From the IMG/VR virus record IMGVR_UViG_3300002703_000110, positions 1 through 61,640 of that record: a stretch of DNA of 61,640 nt, one strand, 5' to 3'. Below the pieces are notes generated by a model. The model did not search any database. It worked only from the letters and a program-made list of their open reading frames with translations, and was not told the origin of the DNA. A program made the position numbers and the translations under genes. This document shows positions 10,809-21,594 of this stretch, piece by piece (position 1 is the stretch's first letter; each line of letters starts with the position of its first letter). The DNA comes from a virus (lineage: Duplodnaviria; Caudoviricetes).

Positions 10809-11081
10809 CTATACACTTTTAGTTCCATTTTTTAACCTCTCGTGCTCCACCTTGTGACAATTATTACAAAGTGGGATACATTTTTCAAGTTCATTTTTCA
10901 CTTCTTCAATAGATGTTGCAACTCGCACCAATCTTGCAATTTTCGTGCGTTTTTTCCCTATGTGGTGAAATTCTATAGTTTCTTTTTTTCCACAGTTGGC
11001 ACAGGTGCATTGGCTTTTATAATCCTTAAACCATTCACGAATGCCACGCACCTTGTTTAAAAATAATTTATTTTTCCTCAT
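10809..11081 (-). CDS. Small HNH endonuclease
   Basis: CANC...EFHH...LCNNCH...H. Confidence 0.75.
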   Translation of the reverse strand: MRKNKLFLNKVRGIREWFKDYKSQCTCANCGKKETIEFHHIGKKRTKIARLVRVATSIEEVKNELEKCIPLCNNCHKVEHERLKNGTKSV

Positions 11082-11410
11082 TCTTCAAACAACGCCTTAA
11101 CCCGTGACGCAGGAGTGTTTTTTTCGGAATTTTGGTGTTCATTAAACATCTGTTTAATCTCTTCTTCGGTCTTCCCCGTCCGTGCCATCGCTTCTTTTAA
11201 AAGAAGTTGTTCTCCAAATTTAATAAGATGCGATGTATTTTTACTGTGTGTAAATTCAACCTGCATAATCATTTTTACAAGTCGGCTGGAATCACCGGTT
11301 GCGATAGCGCCAAGTGCCGCACCATAAACACCGATCATACCACCAAGAACTGGTGCATCATCATATTCAAATACAAATTCTGTTCCATCATCAAATACAA
11401 ATTTAGCCAT
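11078..11410 (-). CDS. Hypothetical protein
   Basis: 110-aa ORF with GGAGG RBS. Confidence 0.55.
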   Translation of the reverse strand: MAKFVFDDGTEFVFEYDDAPVLGGMIGVYGAALGAIATGDSSRLVKMIMQVEFTHSKNTSHLIKFGEQLLLKEAMARTGKTEEEIKQMFNEHQNSEKNTPASRVKALFEE

Positions 11411-11528
11411 TTTTTATTCCTCCATTATGTTTTGTTCATTAGTCGATACCAAATCCATGCTGTTTTTTAGCATTTCATCTTCGGCAAGCATACAAGCAAT
11501 TTGCTGTTCCACCCAAAATTCTTGTTCA

Positions 11529-11807
11529 CTATTCATAAAGCAACATACCGTTTTTATAATCATCATCCAGTTTAAATTTATTTTTTTCCTTCATTTTATC
11601 AAGAATCCTATTTGAATTTGTTTGTAAAGAATGTAAAAAACATTCCCCATCAATATTCATGATACAATTAAGACAAGGTTCTCCATTTGCATTATATGGT
11701 AAATCCTTAAAAAAATTACAAAGAAGACCAAAATTGGTGGGAGTATCTTCAACAGATTGTAAATAACCAACAATTTCGGCCAATTTTAATTCTGTTTCGG
11801 TGAGCAT
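11529..11807 (-). CDS. Cys-motif protein, tandem paralog
   Basis: AEI.GYL..V...LLC.FFK...C..C...C shared with 11786..12088. Confidence 0.6.
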   Translation of the reverse strand: MLTETELKLAEIVGYLQSVEDTPTNFGLLCNFFKDLPYNANGEPCLNCIMNIDGECFLHSLQTNSNRILDKMKEKNKFKLDDDYKNGMLLYE

Positions 11808-12088
11808 ACATAGAACCCCCCTTTATATTCATCATCGACTTTAAGTAGATTTTTTTCTTCTATGATGTCTAATTTTTCGTTGGCAATTTTGGAAATTTCT
11901 GTTAACCAACATCTATTTCCCATTTTTGAATTTGTTATTTCAAAAACACAGCCCGTACAATATGGTGTATCACCATTAGATTTAAAAAATTTACACAACA
12001 AATTGCGACTGGGCGGCAATGATACTGCGTGTAAATATCCCATAATTTCTGCATGTTGTTTATCAAATTGATCCATAATAATCACCAA
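11786..12088 (-). CDS. Cys-motif protein, tandem paralog
   Basis: Clear paralog of 11529..11807, including the DD.YK.G C-terminus. Confidence 0.6.
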   Translation of the reverse strand: MVIIMDQFDKQHAEIMGYLHAVSLPPSRNLLCKFFKSNGDTPYCTGCVFEITNSKMGNRCWLTEISKIANEKLDIIEEKNLLKVDDEYKGGFYVCSPKQN

Positions 12089-12644
12089 TGGATATTGGTG
12101 GGTTTAACCCAACGATTATATATCCAATTCCTTGTTAATATATCTCGCCAATACCCGGAACGTGCACAAGAGTAATAACATGAAATAATCATTTCACAAT
12201 CAAAATAAATCACCTCAAATAATTAGCCCATAACGGGCAATTGAGAAAAAAGATATGACTCCAATTTTCCCATTTAATTTATATATTTATTAAAATATGT
12301 TCACTTTTAATTAATTTTACTTTAACAAACGTTTGATTAACTTTAGATTTTAATGAATTAACTCTATTTTCAATTAATTGTTCATCTGTAGTATTTGGTG
12401 TAAATTTACCATTTTTAACTATTACTCCATTCATTATAATGTAATAAAACATGTTACTCACCTTCAATATAAGGAATTGAATAAACATGTTTCCATTTTG
12501 GATCTTTAAGAGAATCACAAGCATGTGGACAATCCTGTGTGTCAACATCACTATCACAATGATCAACAAATATAAAAAAACACTGTCTAGATCTCGAACA
12601 TTGTCTGCATTCAAAACAATGTTGTAATAAATCAGGCATTTTAA

Positions 12645-12830
12645 TCATCCTTTCTGAGATGGTGCATACAAAAAACAACCAATACAAATTTTTTCTTTAC
12701 AACTTTTCATTTCTTCCATTTCTTCTGAATGATAATTTTCAAGATGGGATTTTATTCCTGATAGAGTATTAAATCTATCACCACAAATTGGGCATTTATA
12801 TCTAGTCATTTTGTTCACCAAGATTAGCAA
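12645..12830 (-). CDS. C2H2 zinc-finger protein
   Basis: YKCPICGDRFNTLSGIKSHLENYH. Confidence 0.65.
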   Translation of the reverse strand: MLILVNKMTRYKCPICGDRFNTLSGIKSHLENYHSEEMEEMKSCKEKICIGCFLYAPSQKG

Positions 12831-12980
12831 GATTGGTTACAAATTCATTCATAATATTTGCGCCTTTATCCGTCCATGTATAGCCAATTTGATGATTGGG
12901 GTATTCGATATATCCTTTTTTAACCAATTTGTCTAAAATTGCTTTGTCAGCAATTGGATAACTAATATAAAAGTTACTCA

Positions 12981-13688
12981 TTATAATTCCTCCAATTTTC
13001 CATTCTCAATTTTCACTTGATCCGATTTAATCATTTCATAAACTACAAAATGCTTATCACCGGGTGAATAGCACTTCATACACTCACGGCATTTGCCCGC
13101 ACAATTCGGCTTTTCATCAATAGCCTTAAACCATTTATAAGTGCACACATTGAACACACCGTCAAAACCTTTTGGTGCTATGGTTTGCGGAGCATCAATA
13201 TTGGGGTTTGAATATATTTTGGTAATATAATTATTATCAATTAATTTTGCAGCACTAATCTTTTTACTCCACATTGTGATTGGAAAATCAGACTTTTTGC
13301 CTTTAATATACATTGCGATTAAATTTAAATTTTCGCAATGAATATCGTTTATTAATTCACCCATTGAATTAAATCTTAACCCAATTGCCCGTTTTAAAAT
13401 ATAATCTCCAATCTGCTCAATTTCATGCACCGTTAACACGCGGGATGAAAGCGTATTGTAATTTTCCATGAGCGCACTTTTCAGTCGTGGATAGCGCGTG
13501 CTCATATAATATGCATAACAATGTTTGCAGATATTATCTGTTTTTCTCATCCCTGCGCAAAATGGATTAGAAATTATATCTACATTAATAGATAAAAATC
13601 CACCCATTTTTAAAGTGAGTTTATGTTCCGTCAAATTTATGTTGCCGATTTTAACCATTTCAACCAACTCTCTTTTATACACGCTCAT
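12981..13688 (-). CDS. GP88-like (radical-SAM-related) Cys-rich protein
   Basis: FC.....C..CYA, RFNSMGE, C-terminal C...C..C..CY. Confidence 0.6.
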   Translation of the reverse strand: MSVYKRELVEMVKIGNINLTEHKLTLKMGGFLSINVDIISNPFCAGMRKTDNICKHCYAYYMSTRYPRLKSALMENYNTLSSRVLTVHEIEQIGDYILKRAIGLRFNSMGELINDIHCENLNLIAMYIKGKKSDFPITMWSKKISAAKLIDNNYITKIYSNPNIDAPQTIAPKGFDGVFNVCTYKWFKAIDEKPNCAGKCRECMKCYSPGDKHFVVYEMIKSDQVKIENGKLEEL

Positions 13689-13903
13689 GTGGCACGCATT
13701 TTATTTGCGACCTCATAAATTTTATTTCAAGTGGGGTAAAAAATTTAGTCGTTTCTAAATTATAGATAATTTCTGTATATCTTTCCCTGTTATTTTCGCG
13801 CTTTATAAATGTGCCGTATGGAGATAAAAATTGCATATTCATTATCATTCGTTCTATCCGTGATAATGCTTTAATTATTATATATGTGTGTAAATTTGAC
13901 ATT

Positions 13904-14308
13904 TCACTTCTCCAGATTAGCCATAATTGCGGTGTGTATTCCGCTATCTTTGCAATCGCAGGCATTTGAATACATAAGTCTTTCAATAACAGAACCAATA
14001 TTTTTATCAGTCCAATTATTTTGTGGTGTTAAATTCTCACCATTCTGTTTAATGGTGCATGAGGGATTTAGTTTAAAGCACTCATCAAAAAAGTATCCGT
14101 AAACATGCCAACACGCGGCGTTTACCCGCTGACCTGAAAACCCAATCCTTGATCCGAGCGCTCTTGAATCCTTGACCTTGAGGGTAACAATATACCTGTT
14201 TCCGGTTTTTTCAAGCCTTTTAAAAGCAATATTATTATTAAAAACTTTATTTGTGTTCAAAAGTGCATTCTCAATATTTTCCCGTGTTAATCCAGTAATA
14301 TAAACCAT
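13904..14308 (-). CDS. Hypothetical early protein
   Basis: ACWHVYG.FF...W.D.NIGS...CDC motifs; GGAGG RBS. Confidence 0.6.
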   Translation of the reverse strand: MVYITGLTRENIENALLNTNKVFNNNIAFKRLEKTGNRYIVTLKVKDSRALGSRIGFSGQRVNAACWHVYGYFFDECFKLNPSCTIKQNGENLTPQNNWTDKNIGSVIERLMYSNACDCKDSGIHTAIMANLEK

Positions 14309-14648
14309 TTTATTCCTCCAGTCTTTTTAATGCCTCTTTGCATATATCATATATTTGGCACGGAATACATCCAGTGTGTTTATACTTTTCTGAAGTATAA
14401 TATTTACAGTTTTCCACATTGCACGCCTCATCCCCACTGTGTGGTGGACATTTAAAAAGATCCGTATAGAGAATCTCATTCTTTAAAAGTCTCATTGCGG
14501 CAATAAGTTGATCGTTGCTCATTTTTTAAAACTCCTTTAATGCACGTCATACCACAGTGCGCGATATGACTTTATGCCAAAAAGAATAATAATAATAGCC
14601 TGCGCTGTCAATTGTAATATATTTCTCTGAAAAAATATCTGGCTCCAT

Positions 14649-14813
14649 TTAATCAGACCCGTGGAAAATATCTGTATAAATGTCATCAATCATAGAGTTT
14701 AATTTACCCAATGGGCACGGCACTGTGTGATAAAATTTACAGCCTTCACAGTTTCCTTCTTGGCATTCACAATACCTTCTGATTTTTTTGTATCGTAATT
14801 CACATTGTTTCAT
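14649..14813 (-). CDS. Small Cys-rich protein (below ORF-track cutoff)
   Basis: Manually translated: MKQCELRYKKIRRYCECQEGNCEGCKFYHTVPCPL... Confidence 0.5.
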   Translation of the reverse strand: MKQCELRYKKIRRYCECQEGNCEGCKFYHTVPCPLGKLNSMIDDIYTDIFHGSD

Positions 14814-15014
14814 GTATTCCATTTAAATCACCTACATTGTGAACGGCACTTCAATCTCCATCCCTGCACGGGCTGTCATAATATGAGTGCTTATTTCACC
14901 AGCGGAATAAATGCGTCCCGTGTCAGCATCATTATTATACTCATCGAACTCAACATAATAACCATTGTCATAATAAACATTGGTTATGTTCCCAAAAATG
15001 GTTTTAACCTTCAT

Positions 15015-15299
15015 TTAAATCACCATTGAAGCAGAAACACACTTGTTTTCATTGTCGGTTTGAACAATAATTCTTTTTGTCCTGATCATTGTTGAGGCTG
15101 TATAAAAATTGCCGATAAATTGCCCATTTTTATACAGTGCGATAAGAATTTCTTTATCATTAAACGGAAGTGTTATAATTTCTTTTTCTTCGTTTGTTTG
15201 CATATTCCATACTGATATTTTAATAATTTTGTTTGATGAATGAATGCTTATGATTGTCCGTTCCCGCTTCTCATTTCGTGGTTCAAATTCATAGACCAT
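15015..15299 (-). CDS. Hypothetical protein, first gene of the leftward run
   Basis: 94-aa ORF with GGAG RBS. Confidence 0.5.
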   Translation of the reverse strand: MVYEFEPRNEKRERTIISIHSSNKIIKISVWNMQTNEEKEIITLPFNDKEILIALYKNGQFIGNFYTASTMIRTKRIIVQTDNENKCVSASMVI

Positions 15300-15420
15300 T
15301 TTCTAACTCCGCTTTGTGCACGTCCTAGTCCGCCACGGGCTAGAACTTTTCGCCAAAAGGAATTTTGGGATTATGGGGATTTTTCACCTTATCTTAAAGA
15401 GCATTCGCACGATAAGGATA

Positions 15421-15428
15421 TATTTAAG
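15421..15428 (+). promoter_or_regulatory. Possible TATA box for a plus-strand non-coding transcript
   Basis: TATTTAAG preceded by purine-rich GATAAGGATA, upstream of the structured region. Confidence 0.3.
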
Positions 15429-15439
15429 CGCCATAATCG

Positions 15440-16170
15440 GTTATTCATAAATCATGATTGTGTTATATTAGTTCATAACCAATCCAACACACCATCTTAT
15501 GGTTTTTCGTTGTTAACTACTAGACCCAATGGTGTTACTGTTATCCCTTTATTGCAGGACTAGACAAAACAACACATAAGCGTTTTTGCACATTGATTTG
15601 TGCGAGTATTTTTTTTGTTCTTTAAATCCCCCTACTTCTCCATATAGAAGGTTCGGGCTATCTGTCAACAAAAAATTCCCAAGAACTTAAAGAAGTTCAT
15701 CGCAGGGTTAACTTTCTGATATCCGGGACAAAACCTCAAACAACCAAAAAGATCCGCACAATACATGAATCCATCTAGCCAAGAACTTTTAGGATAATGA
15801 TAAGGATCAACCTTATCTTAATCCCCAAATTTCCTATAACATCATCGATGCTTTGTGCGGCACGTTCTTATTGTTCTGTTTGGTTTAGACCTGATCTTTC
15901 AGGTTTGTTAATTTTGCTTATAGGGATGATAAGAAAACCTGTCTTCAGATTGTAGTTGTCTACGGTCCGAAGTATGGTGTCTTATGTGCTCTCTTGCCAA
16001 TTGTCTCTCATCAGTGCTTTTTTGGTATAGTGACTTTAGCACTGGGCACATCAAATTATCTTATCCACTTCCGGCAGGGTAGCCAATCACAACCCACCGA
16101 AAAGACTTATAGATGTCTTCTCATCTGTGCTCTTGTGGTTATTGTGCGCAGGAGGGTTTTTCTCCCTTCT
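15440..16170 (+). ncRNA. Candidate large structured non-coding RNA (boundaries approximate)
   Basis: No credible ORF; several mutually nested long-range helices plus many local hairpins; G-U wobbles favour the plus strand. Confidence 0.5.
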
Positions 16171-16203
16171 CACCCAATCCATATACTATCTAGGACTCAT
16201 AAG

Positions 16204-16211
16204 TATATAAA
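16204..16211 (-). promoter_or_regulatory. Archaeal TATA box, leftward promoter
   Basis: Minus strand reads CCGACAGG-TTTATATA-CTTATGAG. Confidence 0.55.
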
Positions 16212-17533
16212 CCTGTCGGTTTGTTCTTTTGAGGGTCTAGGAACTGCAATTATTAGATAGTGCAAAAATGAACAGAAATTTTCTCATAGAACATATATGT
16301 ATTAGTACAGGAATTTTATGTACATATATGAGTAATTGGTAGTATAGTGATTTTGTAACTCATTTCCAACATATATATATAAGAAGTTCTTTTTCTTTGT
16401 ACTACTTTCTTTTTCTTCTTTCTTTATGTTACTTTCTTTCTTCTTTTTCTTATTATATATTAATTTTATCTCGTATATAGAGGTTAAAAACCTGCAAAAA
16501 TAACATAAAAAAATAAGTAACTCCCCCCCCACTATACGTATAAATTAAAAAAGTAGTTTTCAAAACATACATACACAGGGCGTAGAATTTGTATGAAAAA
16601 AAATTTCATGCTATACATATAGTTAAACAGAAAGAATTAACTTTTTTTTGCACTTTCAAAAAAGAAGCCCAAATTGAGGTTTTTTATTTTTTAAAATGGG
16701 CTTCGATTCGTAATTAAAGCCCAAAATGAACAGATAATTTTTAAGCATAATGCTGGCTCCAATTGGCTATATCTTCATGCTGTGGGCTTTGTTCATACAA
16801 AATAGACGATAGTGCCCAGACCCGCAAAGTAGCAACTTTATTTCTATTCGTAATACTAAATAATTAGGGGTATCCATCTACTAGTAATTATAAATGGGTA
16901 TGATTCATAATAATTTGTAAATTCGTAGCAACATAGTATATATTTATACAATAATAAATCATGTTGGTTAGTGCTACAAAAAGAAATATAATAACAACAT
17001 TGGTATTACCAAATTGTTTATTTATAATTAAAGGAACAATAATGGATGATCACTATAATACAATAATGGTCATAAATATACATAAGGTATGACATGTGGC
17101 TGACTGGTGGCAGACATAGAGCAGACAAGTGTCTGACGATGAGAAGGGGTTATTTATCGGTATTCAAGGTAGTGTCTGTATAAGTGTAGGGTCAAATTAA
17201 ATGGGCGGGCGATATGAACTTACATATAAAGGTTATCATTTAGATTTTTCAAATATTGCGTAAAGTGCTCTAATTTGAATTTAGACCATAAACTAACTTA
17301 TTTCATTTTGCATATTTAATTAGAATTATAATTAAATTTGAACGGGATGCGAAACACTAATAGTATATATATCTTTTGGTTTAGTTTTTGATAAGTGGCG
17401 AAAAATAAAAATTAAAATATACGTCGGTGATAATAAGCCGCACTCTAGATCAAAAATATCGTCTGACAAAAAATTACGAAAAATAAAAATAAAATACAAA
17501 ATATTTAAATATTATCAAATTAAAATATATATT

Positions 17534-18205
17534 ATGAAATTTTGTAGAATATGTAAAACGATGAAACCAGAAATAGAATTCCACAAAGATGTTAAAGCAC
17601 CAGATGGATTATGCAGAGAATGTAAAAGTTGTAGAATAGACATACAATTAAAATATCACAAAAGAACATATACGCCCAGAAAAAAAAGAACAACGTGTAT
17701 AAAATGTGGTTCTCCAATACAAACTGGAAGATTATGTAATAATTGTAAAAAGCCACCAAAAAAATTATTACCGCCACAAAGGTATTGTAAAACATGTGGG
17801 GGGCCAATTTCAAAGGGATTATCATTTTGTGATGATTGTAAAAAAATAAAAAGAGTTAAATATAACCTAGAGCAACCAAAAACAATAAAAATGTGGGCAC
17901 ATGGGTGTATATCCAACAAAAAACATAATAAAAAATTTAATGTCACATTGACAATAGAAGAGTTAATAATAAAAGCGGAAAATACAAAAGAGTGTCCACT
18001 GTGTGGGTGCAAATTAAATTATACAGAAAAGAGAGGAAAAACGACAGGCTGTTCTCCAACAATAGACAGAATTAATAATGAATCAATAGTTTCAAATGAT
18101 AATATATGGATTTTGTGCCACTCTTGTAATTCCACAAAGAGAAACAGAACACTTCAAGAATTTATTGATTATTGCAAAAAAATTGCTAATTACAAATATA
18201 AGTAA
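17534..18205 (+). CDS. HNH homing-type endonuclease with multiple Zn fingers
   Basis: Several CxxC pairs; CPLCG...SPTIDRIN...NIWILCHSCNSTK. Confidence 0.8.
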   Translation: MKFCRICKTMKPEIEFHKDVKAPDGLCRECKSCRIDIQLKYHKRTYTPRKKRTTCIKCGSPIQTGRLCNNCKKPPKKLLPPQRYCKTCGGPISKGLSFCDDCKKIKRVKYNLEQPKTIKMWAHGCISNKKHNKKFNVTLTIEELIIKAENTKECPLCGCKLNYTEKRGKTTGCSPTIDRINNESIVSNDNIWILCHSCNSTKRNRTLQEFIDYCKKIANYKYK

Positions 18206-18244
18206 AAATATAGATTAAATTTAAATATTTTATAATACAATCCA

Positions 18245-18260
18245 TTTATATATACTCAAA
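18245..18260 (+). promoter_or_regulatory. Putative late promoter
   Basis: TTTATATATACTCAAA, identical copy at 23110..23125. Confidence 0.6.
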
Positions 18261-19443
18261 AAGATAAATAGTAATATGTTAAAGGCAATTATATTTGATG
18301 ATGGGGCAGGTTATGGTGTTCTTATTTTTGAACAAAAATATGAAAAGCAAATAAGTGATATTTTAAATAAACTTACAGAATTTCAATATAGAGTTAATAG
18401 ACCACCAGACACTCCAAGATTCACTGAAGAGTTATTATTGAAGCGACTCTCCGAAACAAATATAGTTTATTCATATATAAAAACAAATAATGAATATGGA
18501 TTTGATTAATTATGGAAAGCAGAGAATTATCTAAACCTCTTATACAAACAGATAAACCGCACACGCTTTGTAGTATTTGTGGGTTGCTTGTTCCTGTAGA
18601 AGAGATTACAATGGAATTTGATGGTATATATACAGACTATAAAAAGAAAGCAATGGGCAAGTGGCATTTTGTGGTTTGCGAACAGTGCAGGCTTCGACTC
18701 AACGAAATCAATAATGGTGGCGAAACGGCGGCACTTATTAAAATGGGAGATGAATACACATGAAACTTTATTTATTTAATTATGACGCATTTTTAAAGAC
18801 AGAAAAGAACTGTAATAAATTCGGCACAGAACTCAAGCGGCGGGACATAACATTATTATCAATTGAATATTATAATGATTTTATGATACTTGACTTTGGT
18901 GACGGCGACCTTTCAGGCCACATAATTAAATACTGTGAGGCTTATTGGGAGGCAGATCCAAAAATGACTATCGAAATATCTGATGTCGATTATCATGGCA
19001 TCGCGTTATCGCTCTTTGAAATTATTGATGATATAGATACGGTGTCCGACATTGCAAAGGGCGATGATAAATTATACAGGCGGCTGGTCAGCCAGCGTGT
19101 TAAAGCCGTGGCAAAATATGTTGAGTGCGATGGTATGAATGTAAAATTTAAGGGTGAATAATATGATGGAAAATACATTAATACATGATAGAATCACAAA
19201 TCGTGCTATGGTTAGATTAGAGGGAAGAAATATACGTGTGTCTTTTGGTCTTACACCAGAAGAGAAAATTCAAATAGTTGCAGAAACTACGGCGGCGATG
19301 TTTAAAAATGAAATTTGATAGTATGAAACTTGCAGTCTTTTTAGATAAACATCGGGGCTGCCAAGGCACATTTAAACTTATGCAGAAAGGAAATTATATT
19401 AAGGTGCGATGCATGGACTGTGGTGAAGTAGAGAATATTACTG

Positions 19444-19974
19444 GTGAGAGTCATGAATGAACGCCAGTGCCCACTGTGTCAAGATAGGCGGGGAAAAAGA
19501 TGGACAGAGGCGCTTTCAAAGGGGCGTAAGACAATTCGGGAGGCGGCTGCTGCCTTCGGGATGTCTAAAGAAGATATAGAAGAACATTTATATAAACATC
19601 AGCCATCGTGGACAAATGAACCATCCAGTGTGGTAGAAACATCAGATAGAGAGTTTTATATTAGGCGGCTCGCACAGATGGGTGAAGACCTGCATGAGTT
19701 GTTAGATGATGTGATTGACTTTGGTAGCACAACGCCAGATACTATTAAGTCGGCAACCACATTAACACGCGAGATTAGAGAAACGCTGCGGCTTCTTGGG
19801 GAAATTACAAAGGTTTTAAAGAGTGAAGAGGAGCGAGAGGCGCTAATGGCTGCTGAAGAAATGAAGCAGCATTGTATGGGGCTTTCTAATATTATTGTGA
19901 CGCTTGCTTGTCCATCGTGTAGAGAAAAAATAATTGGTGCAATACAAGACCAGAAACGGATGATGTTAAAATGA
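19444..19974 (+). CDS. terS: Terminase small subunit (putative)
   Basis: HTH-like N-terminus, helical C-terminus; overlaps terL start. Confidence 0.6.
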   Translation: MRVMNERQCPLCQDRRGKRWTEALSKGRKTIREAAAAFGMSKEDIEEHLYKHQPSWTNEPSSVVETSDREFYIRRLAQMGEDLHELLDDVIDFGSTTPDTIKSATTLTREIRETLRLLGEITKVLKSEEEREALMAAEEMKQHCMGLSNIIVTLACPSCREKIIGAIQDQKRMMLK

Positions 19975-21425
19975 GTAATATGGCGATAGAGTCCCTTGAT
20001 TTTATGGAAATTATGATTAGGGGGCGGTCAGATCCAGTGTGGTTTATTGAGAACGTTCTTGAGCAACCGCTTTGGCCTGCTCAAAAACAAATGATTCGTA
20101 AATTCTATCGGCATAAATATGACCCAACAAAGAAGCCATACAAACGCTGTGTGTTGGCTTGGGGGCAGAGAAGTGGGAAGACAGCAATTATGGCTTGCAT
20201 CGGGCTTTATGAAATGTTTGATATATGCTGCCTTGAAAATCCGTCAAAACACTACGGGCTTATTAAAGATCAGATTATTATTATACCAGTGCTTTCTCCA
20301 TCAGAAGACCAGACGATTCGTGGTGTGTATGGAAATATGATTAATTATGTTGAAGGTTCAAACTTTTTAAAAAATTGGATGGGGTGGGAGGCAACAAAAA
20401 ATCACATTATATCAAAGTCAAAAAATGTGAGTATAGAGCCTTTCGGGTCATGGGCGCATACTGGGCGTGGGACAACCTCCAAGGCTGTAATTTTTGATGA
20501 GATGGATTATTTTGAAGATACAACAAATCGTCGTGGTGGTCAAGAAGTTTATACGGCAATGTCTAATTCTACAACCACATTGGGTGACGATGCTCATGTT
20601 TTTGTTATATCATCACTGAAGTCTTCTGTAAGCACAGTCAGTCGTATGCTTACTGATGCTGAAATAGAGAGGCGGCTTGTTGGAGAAGATAATACAACAA
20701 CATATACAGAGTGTAAGCCAACATGGGAGATTAACCCAAAACTATCTTTTGAAGATTGTAAAAAGATATGTAATAACAATATGGCGGCACTGTGGAGAGA
20801 TTTTGGTTGCAAGCCCGCTTTATGGTCTTCGATGACTTTTCCAAATGGTGTTATTCTTAAAGAGATGATAAATGTATTAGATCCTGTGGTTCGACCACAA
20901 ACATTTAGGCCGCGTGTTATGGCGATAGATCCAGCAGTTAAAAATGATGCTTTTGGTATCGCTGTTGGATATCGTGGAGAAAATGATATTATATATATTG
21001 ATGGTGTATATAAATATAGAAGAAAAGATGGAGAAGCGATTATATCTCCAACAGAAATAAAAGAATTTATTCGCAAGGCAATTATCCATCTTGGTGTTCA
21101 TACTTTGGTATATGATATATATATGTTCCCTGACATCCTAGAAATGGCTGAAAACATGGGGGTTACAACTGTGCAGCACATTGTTAAGAAATCGGATTAC
21201 GATACCCTGCGGTCATTGATGGAGCAGAAAGCGTGCACTGTAGTTTATAATTCAGAACTTAAAAAAGAACTTGAAGAATTAGAAAATAAAAGTGAAAAAC
21301 GCTGTGATCACCCGCTGAATGGGAGTAAGGATGCTGCCGACTGTGTTGCTAATGTTGTGTGGCATATTACAACAAATGAACCCATTAATCTTGTTAATAA
21401 TTTTGTTAGTATAAGAACATTTTGA
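19971..21425 (+). CDS. terL: Terminase large subunit
   Basis: Walker A WGQRSGKT, Walker B VIFDE, RNase H-like AIDPA...DAFG, DHP..GSKD.AD. Confidence 0.9.
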   Translation: MSNMAIESLDFMEIMIRGRSDPVWFIENVLEQPLWPAQKQMIRKFYRHKYDPTKKPYKRCVLAWGQRSGKTAIMACIGLYEMFDICCLENPSKHYGLIKDQIIIIPVLSPSEDQTIRGVYGNMINYVEGSNFLKNWMGWEATKNHIISKSKNVSIEPFGSWAHTGRGTTSKAVIFDEMDYFEDTTNRRGGQEVYTAMSNSTTTLGDDAHVFVISSLKSSVSTVSRMLTDAEIERRLVGEDNTTTYTECKPTWEINPKLSFEDCKKICNNNMAALWRDFGCKPALWSSMTFPNGVILKEMINVLDPVVRPQTFRPRVMAIDPAVKNDAFGIAVGYRGENDIIYIDGVYKYRRKDGEAIISPTEIKEFIRKAIIHLGVHTLVYDIYMFPDILEMAENMGVTTVQHIVKKSDYDTLRSLMEQKACTVVYNSELKKELEELENKSEKRCDHPLNGSKDAADCVANVVWHITTNEPINLVNNFVSIRTF

Positions 21426-21594
21426 GGTATTTTATGAATGATAAAGAAGAATTTGATATTATAGTTGATATTGAAGATATTTTTAATTCAATTATAAAGC
21501 ATAATCCAGACCTTACGCCACAACAGCGTATTGTCGTTTGGGATGCATGTAATAAAGCAGTAGAAGATATTATAAATGAATCGGAGAGGGTAAC

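Noticed and set aside
15240-16532. ORFs 15240..15563, 15994..16260 and 16302..16532
   Set aside because: No RBS or recognisable motifs; they overlap structured or low-complexity DNA and are likely spurious
15300-17530. CRISPR or mini-CRISPR array in the non-coding region
   Set aside because: No equal-length direct repeats separated by unique spacers were visible
19971-21425. Inteins or introns in terminase (also checked PolB and MCM)
   Set aside because: Protein lengths are compact and no intein splice motifs are apparent
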